Assembly (NCBI GenBank): GCA_977030845.1 | Contig: OZ365118.1 | Span: 18,290,001-18,354,000 of the forward strand | DNA: 64,000 bases | Direction of reading: 5' to 3' | DNA from: Fimbriosthenelais zetlandica | Taxonomy: Eukaryota | Shown here: positions 13,196 through 27,119 of the stretch, piece by piece | Numbering within the stretch: the first letter of the stretch is position 1 | How the letters are laid out: each line of letters begins with the position of its first letter | Notes under the pieces: model-generated | What the model was told of the DNA's origin: nothing | Databases searched by the model: none | The model's input: the letters and a program-made list of their open reading frames with translations, nothing else | Program-made: the position numbers and the translations under genes

Positions 13196-16100
13196 ACTTA
13201 CGTCCCGCATCGACCCTACGAAAAGGAAATATTTCCATCTAGTCCATCTAGTAAGTGAGTATGACTGATATAACTCCGCATTCAATGTTATTTTGCGGCA
13301 CTTTAGAAAACCAACCTTTTTCATTGGGCGATTTTACTCCTATTACAGTTTTAACCTTCTGTTGTCGTTCATGTTTTGTTTAGTGTTTCTTATTCAAAGG
13401 ACTGTATGTTTGGTCTTTACATGAGATGTGTTTATCCATGAAATGCCTTCCTACTTCCTCCTCATGGATTAGTTTATGATTTAATCACCGAGCACCATCT
13501 AAGATTGCAGATTGCATTCATCTAGGATTACAATGTGGATGTCTGCTGTCATCTGGCTGTCATTTCTATCATTTTACTGTCATATGAAATGTGAGAGGAG
13601 CATGCAGAGTGAGAGCATTTTCACAGCTCTTACACTGGAATCAGAATCTCATGATGGGTCTGGGCCTGCCTTTGTAAAGGATGCAAGGTTAGGGTATAAC
13701 TAAGGGTGCTAGGTTTGGATATATGGGTGCTTGCCTCACTTCTGAGACAAATCAGTAAAATCTAGGTCCCCACTCTCCTCCCTGCCAAACCCCTTTTGTC
13801 CCGGAGATTTGGCCCTTTATAGGCCACGTATCTGTGCCTTAGGCTATCATAGACCCACAGCTTGAATGACCTCACAACAGAGCCAAGTTCTGACCACTGG
13901 CACAGTTTTTTTCTTTTGTGACCGATCCAACAATTGACCACAGATGCTAAACTCTCCCTCCCGTCCTCTCCTTTCTCAATGTTTCCGACCAGCTATTTAA
14001 TGGTCGTACAAGCTAACTATTGCCCACGGCCGTTTCCTGTGTATTCAAGATTACCTACCAGCAAATTCACTTGAAAATGGAGCCAGGAACCATCTAAAGT
14101 TCAATGTGGATGAAAATGAAGGTAGGGGAATGGGTCTGAGTGCGGTGGATGGGCGTGATTGCCATGTTATGGCAGTATTGGCTGGACTACCTTCATAAAC
14201 CAGCCATACAGGGAGTACGTACTTGATCTTTATACCGCCATGTCATGCCAGGTGCAAGGACTACATCCTTACTAACATATCCTCAAAGTTCTATCATGAT
14301 GGATGGCATCAGGGTAACTCTATATCATCTCCCATCCCCTCCACTCCCCACCCTCCCCCCACCCCCCGCAGCTAAACTTGTTTGATGTCATATTCAACTT
14401 TCAGGCATCTTACATATGGCCTGTTCCTCGGGGTTAATTCAGAAGACAACTTAGTTGGTTTGTGTACGGTTTACTGTTGCTGCAGCAGCCATGTAGAAAC
14501 AAGCTGTTGATGAGCAATGGTTCTTTTATATGGATATCTGATCATAGACAATGGTATACCTGGTAGGCCTTTTATACCCCAGTCACCTCAAAGACCATTC
14601 CTACTGTGATCAATATAAACATATTGATTAACTGTGCGTATCTTTGTTATGAAACACGGCCTGTAACGACCATCTAACGAGATGTATAATCGTGCTGTAA
14701 GACAAGCTTGATGAATGGAATAGCCGTGTATCATTGTCAGGTAAAAAAACAGCTGATATGTAGGCCTAGAGTAATATAAAGGCCTACAGTGATATAATCA
14801 ACTAATGGGTGGTAAATACAGGCATGTAGAGTGTGGATGAACCTCCAGCCAGCCCTGTCACATTGTACAGCACCAATTATCAATCCTTACATTGAAGTTA
14901 GCACCTGGAGGTATCTTCTCATTGCAGACAAGTGTTTATTTGACCAGCAGTTGATGCACTATGTTAGTCAGGGGCTTTTAGAGGCATTCATCTTTCCATG
15001 CTTTGTCAGAGTTACATGGATATTCAGGAACTGTCTGTTTTTTGTCCTCATGTGGCGTTCCTCCTGTCACCAACACCCATAGAGAGCCCGGTGAACATTG
15101 ATTGATTGTCTGTCATTGTGAAGCTTGTCAGAGCTCTTAGACCAAAGGTTGCAACACCTTCTTTGCACGAGACAGAAATCGCCTTTTTTTCACTGCACCT
15201 GCTTGCTTTCAATTGTCTCAATGCATTAAAGTGTTGGTGGTGGTGGTGGGGGTCGGGGTGACACTGCCTATAGTAAACAGTAGCAGGAGTACAGATCCAT
15301 CTCTGTCATGACGCCATTGTAAATGACGATGTGTGACGTTGTGACGTTTCGCCCAGACGTCGTGAATGATTGGCCTTGTTTAACAGGCCGGATCTGTCAG
15401 CACAAGGCCAGTGACCACAGGCTCTGTTCACCATGGGGAAAAGGGTTGCTATACAACAAAACAGAGGCAAGAGGATGCACATGCCTATAGTGTAAAGGGT
15501 ATAGTGGTTGTTTGAGTAAAGATGCTTTTGTCTTATCTCCATTGCACCATATAGTACTGTATGGGTATAGGGGCAGGCTAGGAGTAGACCTTGGCCTCCG
15601 ACCTCCTCCCATATTTCTGCACAAATCATTGCATACTTTCTAGCCTGTTACTTTCACCGTTACATATTTGTAAACCAGGAATTTGAGTGGAGAGCACATA
15701 TTGTTCAGGTCAGAACTTGTCAGTCCAAATTGAAATGTTCTTGAATGAAAGAACTTTAAAGTTGCTTTATGAGAATGTTTGACGGAACCACTGCCTTTAC
15801 AGACTTTAATATGTACCTTGATTTGAGTTTGCTGAGTAAAGCTTTGGTATTGGGCGATGTGAGGCGGATGATGTGCCAATTATGGATGTTATTGATCGGC
15901 CTTATTGGGGTTTCTAACAGTGATAGGCTTCCACCATTTATAAGCATTTGCACATCCTAGCCCGCGGGCCTGCTCAACATTTACTGGTCTACCTTTACAG
16001 TGATTAGTGCACTCTCTAACCCTCAACTCCTGTCACAGCACACCATGTGGCTACGTATTGAGCATGGCCCTGAAGCTAAACCTTATCATCTAATAAGAAT

Positions 16101-18473
16101 TATATATGAGCAAGGTGATTTGCTATATTTTATATATAATTTTATATAATATAAAGTTTACTTCACTTGAATTATATGAATATGAGCCATTAAGACATAA
16201 ATACATACCCGTCTCTAGCAAAGTTAACCATGCCCCGCGCCTCTCTCTAGTATTATATATGGCAGTCATTTGCCTCTCATTTTCTATGATAATCTCCGGC
16301 GCTGTAAGCCTTTGATGTTGATGAGAAGCTGAGTTAATTACATTGTGATCAAGGTCGTCAAGCCCGCCACTGGCCATGACTTTATACTATAAGATCCCGT
16401 CACCAACCTCCAACCCTTACTCATACATATAACTGGTTTATCACTCAAGTTTTGTGAAAATCCTAGTTGTAAACCTCTTAGCTGTTGTGCTGTTGGCAGG
16501 AATGGTTGTTGATGGTCTTATTAAATGTGATATCAACGAGTAAACAGATGTGAAGGACATGTAGATGGTTCCCATGTTGTATCACTCTTATCACAATGAC
16601 AATCATTCGGTACATGTAAATAGCTATGTTATCCACGGAACGTAAGAGTGCTGTCTCCATCAGGTCTTGTTTCATAAAACATGTTACACTGGCCAATGTT
16701 CAATCTATTGAATAATACAAATATTTCCCTTCTGCAAACAGACCCTAAATGTCTGCAATGTACTGTATAATTAAAATGGCATGGATCACTTCCCTAAATA
16801 CATCCCTGAACGATCAATCTTGACGTTTCAAATTGACCTAAAGTTGAACTTCTGCCCTTTAATATTATCTAATATGAAGACTATATTTAGAAGCAAAATC
16901 CATCAAATTGCCATCAAATATAAGCGGTTTAAGCCTGTAGGGAACTGGTGCTGGGCTGTAGAACACCCCGGTCTTTCTTCCAATATTGGTTGGCATGTGC
17001 CCGGCCCGCCGCCCCAGGAGGACCCTCTATTATAAGATGCCGCCTTGGCATCCGCCATTGTTTGGCCACCTTGCCAGTCATGTCATGACGTAGGACGTCA
17101 CGCAGCTATGACGTCTGACGTCTGTTATTTACAGACGTCGTCTTTTGTGTACCAGACCTCCCCCATTCCATCTTACCCTTTATACATTTGCTTTTGAAGT
17201 TTTTACCTGGTAAAGTTCTATATCAGGATAAGATTTGCTTCCCTCCCTCTGAAGAATGGTTGCTAAAAATAGCTTCCATATCATTGTTCCTATTTGTTTG
17301 TCATACGGCAATAAATTAAATATACCTTCCTTCATTCTTTATATTTGCAAAGGGCCATTGCAGAACCGTAGAGTAATGCATTGTCGTGCAATGACCCCAG
17401 TTTGCTCTGTAAAAATACGAGCCTTTATTTACCCCTTTTCACCCTCTGTCATCTAACCCTGTGTTAATATTTGTAATAACAAAGCCATATTACAGACGCG
17501 GGTCTGTTCCCTCCTCATTGACCTTTCATTAGAGGCTGGCTTTAAAGGACAGTTCTCTCTGTTCTTGCTGGTTTTTACCGTTAAATCACCCCTCACACCT
17601 GACACCACGACCATGTGAACACGGCACGGTGCAGTGTTAATCTAATCACAGCCCGGTAAGTCTTCATAGATTCAATTCTCAGCAAGACCGTCACCTGATT
17701 GGTACTGAAGTAACTGACAAATAGAGCCAAAAACGGTATTGTACTTGATTAAAGTGAGTAAAGCATGGGAGTTGACACCGCCTGAAGATGCTTATTGTTG
17801 TACTTTACGACCCCTCAATCCCCTTATACAATTAGCGTCTGATGAGCTTAGTCTCACTCTGGGTGAATGATAGCCGGCATGGCCTTTAATTGCTGATTCC
17901 ACAGACTGGGCGGGTAATTGCTCAGCGATGACGAGCAGATGAGCAACTCGCACGAGTAGAAAGGAAGCCACACGCTGTGCACTTTGAGTGGGAGCCAGAC
18001 GGCGAGGCCCTCCTGGGAGACAATGCGCGGGGTGGCTCACCAATTGATTACTATACTTCACCCCTGGGATAATGGCTACACATGTTTACTTTGTACTGGG
18101 TACAATCCACTGAACGGTCCTAATGCATTGCTACATATGTATGAAGATGGCTGACTACCCTACCCACATTGATCGCTGGTATTTTTTTGCATTTCTCTGT
18201 ATAATTAACAAGGTTTGAATCCATTAAAGTACTCTGATCAGGATGCCATGTTCCTTTATTGTAATCATTTTTGACCAGTGTATGGAGGTAGATACAGGGG
18301 TATATTCGTGGCATGCACTCTAGGCATTGCATGATCCATACTCTCATTCTGCTCCACTTATTCCATCACTCAACCTAAATCGCTTCTAAAAAGGAAACCC
18401 TCATGTCAAATTCTCCAAACTGCATGCTAGTTCTTACCTTTCCAGCCATAATATAGCTGCAGAATTCCATCCC

Positions 18474-18514
18474 CTCTCTGTCTCTCTATCTGTCTCTCTG
18501 TCTCTTTCTCTCTC

Positions 18515-18556
<42 letters not shown>

Positions 18557-18566
18557 TCTCTCTCTC
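18474..18566. repeat. (CT)n microsatellite
   Basis: Direct inspection. Confidence 0.95.
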
Positions 18567-20151
18567 GCTTAGTCTTTATTAATTGTCTCATTCTCACCCT
18601 CTTTCCTATTGAGAAAACTCCTGCATACATGCATGTACAACAATATATATTTACATGCATTCTGCAAAGCATCAAATGGCAGAATAATCAAGTGAGAAAT
18701 CGTATCATCGGTTGTCAATGTAACGTATCAAAAACGAATGATTCGGTCATGTCCTATTTGACCATTCACCCCACAAGGCGCCATACATAACAAGTTTTCA
18801 TCTCTATGACAGTTCCTGCTTCCTCAGTGGTGCTAAATCATAGAGCAAGTACCAGTCGCCTATCCTGTCCATCACTGAATCATAGAGCTACCACCAGTCG
18901 CTCTGCCCCGTCCATCACCGGCCCTGACACCCCGTGTCACCCCTCCCTATCATTACACCTGTATCATATAGCAATGTCTCCACCCCTGCTGGTCACAGGT
19001 TCATTTCCATCTCACCACATGTCCAGCTTGACCAGTGTCTCCAGCTTGACCAGTCTGGTGGCAGTATATACCATGTCTTGACCATCTGGTGGTTTGATGT
19101 ACAAGACACACCAAATCTCATACTATTAACCAATCTATAGACAACATGCCTCCAGACTTCATTAAGAATATCTTGAGGGTATTGGTTAGAAAATCATTAC
19201 CCAAAATCTAATAAAGGCAGGCCATTATTTCTGCCTTCAAGGTCATGTACTGGTATATCAACCAATACCAGACACCGTTAAAATACATGTTATTTTATCA
19301 TGCATTTTAACACTGTTAAAAGACTTTATCAATTAACTGTATTCCCTTTTATGGTTACCTCCTGAAAGTTTTCAGGGTAGAAGTTCTTCCTCACCAAGTT
19401 TTGCCCCCTTTGGCACTAATTTCCCGTGGGAAATTCCAATTTGAACCGACATGGTGAGAGATAAACTTGCTGACACTGTAGAAAAGCAATTTGTTCATGT
19501 TTCAAACTGAACATGGCGGTGTATTGACTATAAATATAATCCACAGTGGGCCAGGTAGCGCGCGCGTCACGCTGGCCGGGTATTGACGGGCTATCAGGCC
19601 TCAATCCTTCACTAGTCCACTGACCCAGTCTACTGATCAGAAGGGGGTGGGGGTGTGGGCTTGCAACCCCCCACTTAATTTTTTCACCATTTTTTCCCCG
19701 TATGCTACCCAAAAATGGTCTAAATTTCAACTGAGTGGTGAGTAAGGGGTGGGAGTAGATGGGGACATCCCAACAAGCCCCAGCAGTATAGTCTTCAGGC
19801 AGACCTGGATCCACCCCGACTCACCCCGACCTACCAGGATGTGTGTCTTTTGATCACCGTCCAAACCTTGGCTCCTGCCAATAATACATATAGTGGTATG
19901 TATGGTATAACCCCCGCCCCCGCCCCCCACCCCCGCCCCCCGCCCCCGGGTCAGAGAGGTCAGTATTGATTGACTATCAGATCAAGGGATGAGAGATGGA
20001 TAAACATTATTACACAGACTGATAGAGATACGCCTGTCTAATCGCCTTAATTAAAGTACTGCATTATTAATGCTGCCTCGCTTCACTGGGTAACTGGTCG
20101 CAGCTGACTGAACGGGCTTTAATGATGAATATATGAACTAGCTTCGTTTCA

Positions 20152-20290
20152 GTAATAATCCATGGATCATTTAAATAATTCAAATAAAGTATACCAAAGT
20201 ATATCATGGTAATAATCCATGGATCATTTAAATAATTCAAATATAGTATACCAAAGTATACCATGGTAATACCAAAGTATATCATGATAA
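20152..20290. repeat. 57-bp AT-rich tandem duplication
   Basis: gtaataatccatggatcatttaaataattcaaat at 20152 and 20209. Confidence 0.92.
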
Positions 20291-20589
20291 TGATATAGCA
20301 GTTCTATGGTGGATAAATTGGGTTGATAATTGAAGGATTTAATATAGGTAATAGATGAATATGAAAAACGGATGAATTTAAGGATTTTAATGAATCAGAC
20401 AATCAGATAATGTAAGATGATTGTGGATAAACGGATTAGTCAATGGATGATTTAATACAATGGATGAATTTATATATGAAATGGATGATTATTTCAAAGT
20501 ACAATATTTTCACATTTGGATTGATATTTGAGTAGATTATTGGAGATAGAGATAGAGACTGGAGCAGACAATGAGATAGACACCTATAG

Positions 20590-21205
20590 AGAGCGTTAGA
20601 CAGAAGCTGCACCATGCACCCGGGGCTTTGCTTCTTTCTATATTGATCCACAATACCCTGCCTAAAGAAGGATTTCTCCCAAGCTTGGAGGACCTAAATA
20701 TAGCCATGCTGACATAATGACAAATAAAAAAGCTGGAGATAAATCAATGATTTGTATTATGATGGGCCACTTGCCCAAACATGCCTGTCTGGGTTAGAGA
20801 TTTGATGAAAATAAGAATCAGCTTCACGGACTACGATTCCTCTGTTGCTGCAGCTCATCATTTTATAGACAGAAGTATAAATAAGACTGTACTCATTCCT
20901 CATCAGTATGTCCGGTGATTCCACTATAAACCATCAACTATGAGGGGTCTATACTTCTATACAGGAGATCCTTGCTCCAATTTCTGAAGCTTTCTCAGAA
21001 TTTGCAGCATTTTGCCTATATCCACCTGCTGCTAACTGGCATATCAGAGACCAGCCATGTCTCTAACTGACTTTGGTGAGAGGCATGTAAGTAGAAACAC
21101 TTCTGCTGCTCAGTTGAAGAGCAGAAGTGCCGACAGCTTGTTTCTTTCTTGTCCTGAGATAGCTGATCTACTCAGCCATCAAGTCTGGTAGAGATCATAT
21201 GAATG
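20590..21205 (+). mobile_element. Decayed coding-like repeat, copy B
   Basis: Shares nucleotide blocks with copies A, C and D (PAMSLT..ERHV; AANW.I; K.R..ADS). Confidence 0.45.
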
Positions 21206-22403
21206 CCATGTCGAAGTTTATGATAAGTAAGAACTATTATAAATACAGCATTCTGTCTGTAAACTTTACAGCAGTATAAGATTTCTTGTAGGAAAGTTTA
21301 CATGTCTCCTCGCTCTTCCTCTTACTTGTGAATCCATCTTGGTTGAGGAGCCAGCAGGAGTTCATCAATATTCATGCTTGTTTACCCACAGTGCTTTACA
21401 TCAGGGTTGACTGCCCAGAGCATGTATACCCCCCCTCCCCGGCTCCCCTAACCCCCCCCCCCCCCCGACCACTATCCCACCCCCACCTCCTCAGTTCCAC
21501 TTTCACTACCCCTTGTCTAGTCTCAGTCAGTTCGTGATAAGACATTCGTCACGGTTAGGGAACTTACAAATCAACCCGGACGGATGGTGAGAGGCATGGC
21601 GGCCTTGTGAGAGGTATGGCCGGCTAGTGAGAGGCCCGGCCCGCCTGCTGGCCTTGTCTGTGGGAGGAGGAGGAGGAGGAGAAGGTTCAATGTTTATGAG
21701 TAACATGAAGTGGCATGAGCATGGCTTTCTTTTTATCACCATATGCTGACGATGTCTGCCTGGCTACCCGTGAAGGACGCACAGACAGACATGCCTCATA
21801 CAAAATGCAGGACGAGGACATGATGATGAGATTGTGTGAGGAAGGTGGCGTGAAATATGACACTCTGAGGCTGGAAATGATGTAATTAATGCTGAATTTA
21901 CCGCCCCCTGCCCTCCCCGCCCCGCCCCCTGCCTCCCACTGGCCGCCCCCTGCCTGCCCCGCCTCAGGTGCATACAACTAAATTCAGCTTTTATTTCTAC
22001 CGAGGTGTGTAGACATTCCTGGCTGATGCTTTTCCAAATACTTTTACCCCGGTAGTGTGACAGAGAAAAGTGAAATTTAAGACGCCATTTTATCTTCCAA
22101 TTCCCTGCAATTACTTTAAATGACAGGTCGCTGTCGTGTGTTAATTCGGTTTGGATTGAGATGTATGGAAGGCTATCCGTATTATGTCTGCTCACAATGA
22201 GGCGCCATCTCTCCCTGCCGCTGATGGATTCCTCGTGTCAAAGTAGACTCAGTAAGATAAGGCAGTAAATATGGCGGGCGTCTGGTAAAATATTGAGAAT
22301 AGCTGGAATCTATGAGATCTATAACGCTATAACGTGGTATAGCGATATATTCACCAGTCACCTCTAATATTCATACCATGATGGATAAAGGTGCTCCTCC
22401 AAC

Positions 22404-22566
22404 GCTGCGATTTGCTTGCGACAAAAGTGATTGATGCTTTATCGCAATGCAAATTTACCAGTGGAGGACGTCCTTTAGACCTTGGACACCCTGATCACAA
22501 TTTATAAATGATATCGTGACACATACATCACATATGTCGCAGTACTGTCGCAAGCAGAATCACAGC
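22404..22566. mobile_element. MITE-like element with about 21-bp terminal inverted repeats
   Basis: Left gctgcgatttgcttgcgaca; reverse complement of the right end is gctgtgattctgcttgcgaca. No ORF; no clear target-site duplication. Confidence 0.45.
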
Positions 22567-25500
22567 AGTTGAGGATTGCCGTAAAACATAGAGATTAGGT
22601 GGTGTGAGTGTGGTGCAGATAAAGCCAGCGTCTCTGACAACCTAATGTATAATAGACTGAGTGAGGTTGAGGAAAGTCTTCATCAGTTGTGTAAAGTATA
22701 AGATGAATAAGCATCCTTTCAGCAATAAGCTGACAAGGTGTTCATCCGCATTTGAAGCCAGTAATATGTTTCTGGAAAAAGTAATCCGGTTTACGCAGAC
22801 ATTTCACAGTTAGTGCTGGAAAGCGGGGGTGGAATTGAGAACATAAGTAGGGAATTAATCCCAGATGTAGAAATGGATGAGATACTTTTCAAAAAAGAGC
22901 TTTTGGATGTACTACTTTATATGTAAGCATGCCGTATAATGAGCTGTTTGGAATATGACCAGTTACAGTGAACGGCCCCGCGCGTCTCCTTATCTTTAAT
23001 GCCCGCGTTTTTACACCACCTCAAGTAGTCAGTGTCATTTTCACTGTCACACCAAAGCCGCCCCCAGCGGCTCACAGTGGTATTAATAGGAATAGAAGGG
23101 CTGGGCGTCATCTGACCTACTCTTCTCACGCTGTCACGCGGGAAGTGGTCCCGGTCACGAAGTCCCGCCAGATGAGCGAGATCAAACGAGATATTCTTGT
23201 ATTTCTCCCATTATCTTCACTTATCCCGGCTCCAGGGTCAGTGAACCTTCATTATGTGAAAGGTCAGGCATTCCTAAGTGATTTCTTTGATCGAAGATTA
23301 CTGTTCCCCGCCCATAAAGAATGGGTGTCATGTCTTGGTTACTTGTGGGTTGGTTTGACCTTAATATGAGGCCTTTTCCCTTATACTACTATAACATGTT
23401 TATAGAATGGGGAATGGTTTATGGGCACACCTATAGAATAACCAAATCCCTGAGATTATTAGGAGTACCCAACAGCCTAAATGCAGCAATATTGATAATG
23501 TTATCCTAGAAATTAACCATATCGATTACTATATTTGTAATACGATACATATTGATTTGTTATCTGGATACATTGATACAGATTGCATTAAATCTCCTTG
23601 AGAAGTCCTTGTTTTGGATCATTTATCAAGGAGATCTCAGTGTAGAGATGTAGGAACTCGTCGTCTCAGTAATTGATCAATCTACCACTGCCCCGCATGT
23701 CCGTACAAGGGAAGCTCCGTCCATTTACGACCACTGCTTCATTGGTCTGGGCTCTTGATGGACCATTACTTTGGGTGACAAGGCATAGAAAGCCAACCAT
23801 GACATCAAAGTCATGTCAAGTATTCACATAAAACCAGGTTCAGGGCTATGTTTAAATTCCACACTCTATGGTCTGTGATTACAGTCCAGTCTGGATCCAT
23901 TTTTGACTGTTTTGAAACCTTCAACACATTTTCCTCAGCATTTCAAATCCTGTGTATGTCAAAACCACCCATACAGCGGTATTGAATTGATTCTATTAGA
24001 TCTTTTTTGTTTAAATATTTCATTACATAAAACGCTACCTGTGGCGGTGTTTTCTTCATTAAACCGCCATTGTCTATTACCTCCCCGGCTTCTCTAATTT
24101 GTAATTTCCCCGGTCATGAAATAGTGCAATATGGAACCATTTTTTGCCGGGCATTAAGTTTATGAGAGAGGTCGGTTAATTGTAGCAAAACATGTATTGA
24201 AATTGTACGAAAATTATCCCCTCTCAGGTATCGATTTGCGAATTATGTAAATTAATTTCCACCTCATTATTGCGAGGGATATTTATTCTCCAATTCCCGG
24301 CCACTTTAAGTAATGATGATTATTATTTTAAACGCTGAGAAGAATTGGTGGTAATTTACCTATTGTGGCGCGTTCTAAGGTTACCTCATATTGCAGGTTT
24401 ACCACGGGAGCCGTGCCCGCGTCTCTGGGATTTGTCTTTTGGGTAAAACCCTTCCCTGTAAAGGTCAGAATCATGATTGATGGTCCCACCTCCCTCTCCA
24501 TCATGATATGAGGGGCGGTCACTATAAAATCAGACAGCAATTCTTCAATACCATGGAATGTCAGGTCCAACTGACGCCTGCCATCAAGTTGAATTTTTAT
24601 TCCCCGCTCCTATTCACTCATTTTATCCCCTTGAACCACCCTGCTTGAACTAATGCTTTGAGCTACAAATGGAATAGTTGATCCATGTTGTAAGTTTTGA
24701 TCTCGGTATAATTGCATTCAGCTTGGTCATATATTGACTTATAGTACATTGTATATAGGTTTAAGGTCGTACTATAAACCGACTTTTCATGTTTAATTTG
24801 TGAAAGTTGAACTATCAGGCAACATTGATGTTGTATGAGGACATTGGGAGCGGTGTAAGCTACCCCCACACCTGATCATGAGATATCCTGATTAAAACCT
24901 AATCTCCCTGGCTTTGTCTCACGTGTTTATAATCAATACCAAGCTTGATTTAATTTCTTCAGGGACCTGACTGCAGCCCGTCTCAATACCCTGTAGTTTA
25001 ACCGTAGATTAAAGCGCCTTTAGGAAGTATTTTCATTAGTATCAACAAGTTTGATAACATTTTGTCAGTATTTATGGTCTGGGAGGTGGCTGTGGCTGCC
25101 TTTTTAACGCCACTTATCCCCTTCAGCTGGCGCCTTTATGATCTCAGGATAGACTATATGTGAGACAATGACGTCTATCCTTTTACTTATCCTTTTACAG
25201 CTTAGCCACTCAATAGTTTTTATTCTGTATAAGAGCTACCATGAAAGACTAGAATTTTGATTGACGATAGACCTCGTTAATATGTAAAGTTTGTTAAAGG
25301 AAACTTCAACAAGAGTTAAATCATTCTTTTATCAAACTCCAAGTGTTAAGAACTGGAGCTGCCAAGGCGATCTGACACTCTTTGTATTTGATCATATTGA
25401 TTAGAAAAATATTCGCTCCTAAATTTCCATGTAAGTTGTTAATTGTATTTCCCAGAATCTAGTACAACAAAGATATTCACTCATCTATCAGTGACACAGG

Positions 25501-25974
25501 CATTTGATCTATAATATCTTTATAAAGCCACCACATGAGTACAGTAAGAGAACTGGTTGAGTAAGGAGTAACATATATTGAATGAACCCAACATGTAGGC
25601 CTACGTGTCATCGAGCATTAATGTCTACATTTCCCCGTGAATAATTAAAGCATGAGGTGATCACATGAACAAAATGGCGTGATATTAGGACGCTGGCTTG
25701 TTTACCTATTCATCAGTTTTCAAATAACTCCAACACTACCATTGCATGATGAACTTTTCCCTCTAGGTACCCTGTACCCTACAGCCCATGTTGGCGGGAT
25801 AGGTTCAGTCAAACTAAAACTTATTAACTCTTTAACTTTGACATTTTTAAGTTTGGGTCATTTGCGGTTAATAGGCTTATGGGTATGGTATGGTAGTGGG
25901 TGTCGTCTATACATGGACTGATTTGGCGATTATAACTTTTTGCTTTCATCAGTTTTCCGCTATATTCACCCAAT

Positions 25975-26410
25975 ATGTCAGCTTTTGAGTTTATTGAAGG
26001 GCGTGGTTAGACCATAATTGAACTAAATCACGAGAGAATTTCATTGGCGCCAAAGGAAAAAACCCTTTCTCAAGGTTTCTCTCTTGAAGAATATACAAAA
26101 ATCCTTGAGTTGAGAGAAGAGTATAATATGTCTGGTCGACAAATGGTGGCTGCACGCTATACTCCGCGCCCATCTAATATGACTTATCAATATTCCCCAA
26201 GCATTCTCTGTATAATTATTGTTATTGCCTTTCTCCAACCAGTGCTGCTAACTGGGATATCAAGGCCAGGCATTATGTTCCGACAACACTTACCTTTCTC
26301 ATTCTGAGGTAGCTCAAGAATTGCTGACACAATTTCTAAGAAAAGCTTTTCTATTAGTGAGGCATAATGAAGGTCTTACAAGAGGAGATAACTACTCCAT
26401 GATTACGTAA
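25975..26410 (+). mobile_element. Decayed coding-like repeat, copy C
   Basis: tgctgctaactgg(g/c)atatca is 19/20 identical with copy B. One internal stop and two apparent frameshifts. Confidence 0.4.
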
Positions 26411-27088
26411 CATCTCACTAATCCCCGCCCGACCCTCATTACCTGGACCTGTAATCTTAGCACATCTTTACAATGACAAATGACCTCGGTACTTAGTGCC
26501 CAGCTTGGTGGCGAAATATCCTGTTTTTCAGTGTTGGGGAATCCCTATGGAATTCCATAAGGCATTAGGGGGTTCCTTGGACAGCGGGAGCTGTTAGCTC
26601 TAAATGTTTTCTCATGTTTTCTTGGAGCTTTTAGTCCATGAGCCTAGAGAGCCAAAGCAGCTATTTCAACTGGTGTTTACCTGGAGCAAGTTGAGAAATA
26701 GTGTACTCTTTTTGATCTATAATAACTTGAATATCAAAGCTCTCTTTTGGACCCACATTTTGTGGCAATATCACCATTTTTGGCTCAAAATAAGTCGGGG
26801 AAACTATAGCCCGCTTGTCTGCTAACATAAGGAATCATTGTCTCTTGTATTGAGTAAACTCTTGTGCCAAACCTTTAATGAATTAGATGTAATTGATCTA
26901 CGAGCATTTGCTTCATCCTTAACTCTCTGGTTTTGAGAGACAGCCAAATTGCATACAAACTCATTACTACAAATCTAATTGCGTCAACAACAAGTACTCA
27001 TTAACCTATGTATGTCCCCTGGTGGCCGCTATATAAAGCTATAGGTCATGTGACATATAAGTACATCCGACCACCCTGACCTGAACCC

Positions 27089-27119
<31 letters not shown>

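Noticed and set aside
22412-22432. Partial resemblance to miR-153 (ACAAAAGTGAT)
   Set aside because: Seed does not match; explained by the foldback element.
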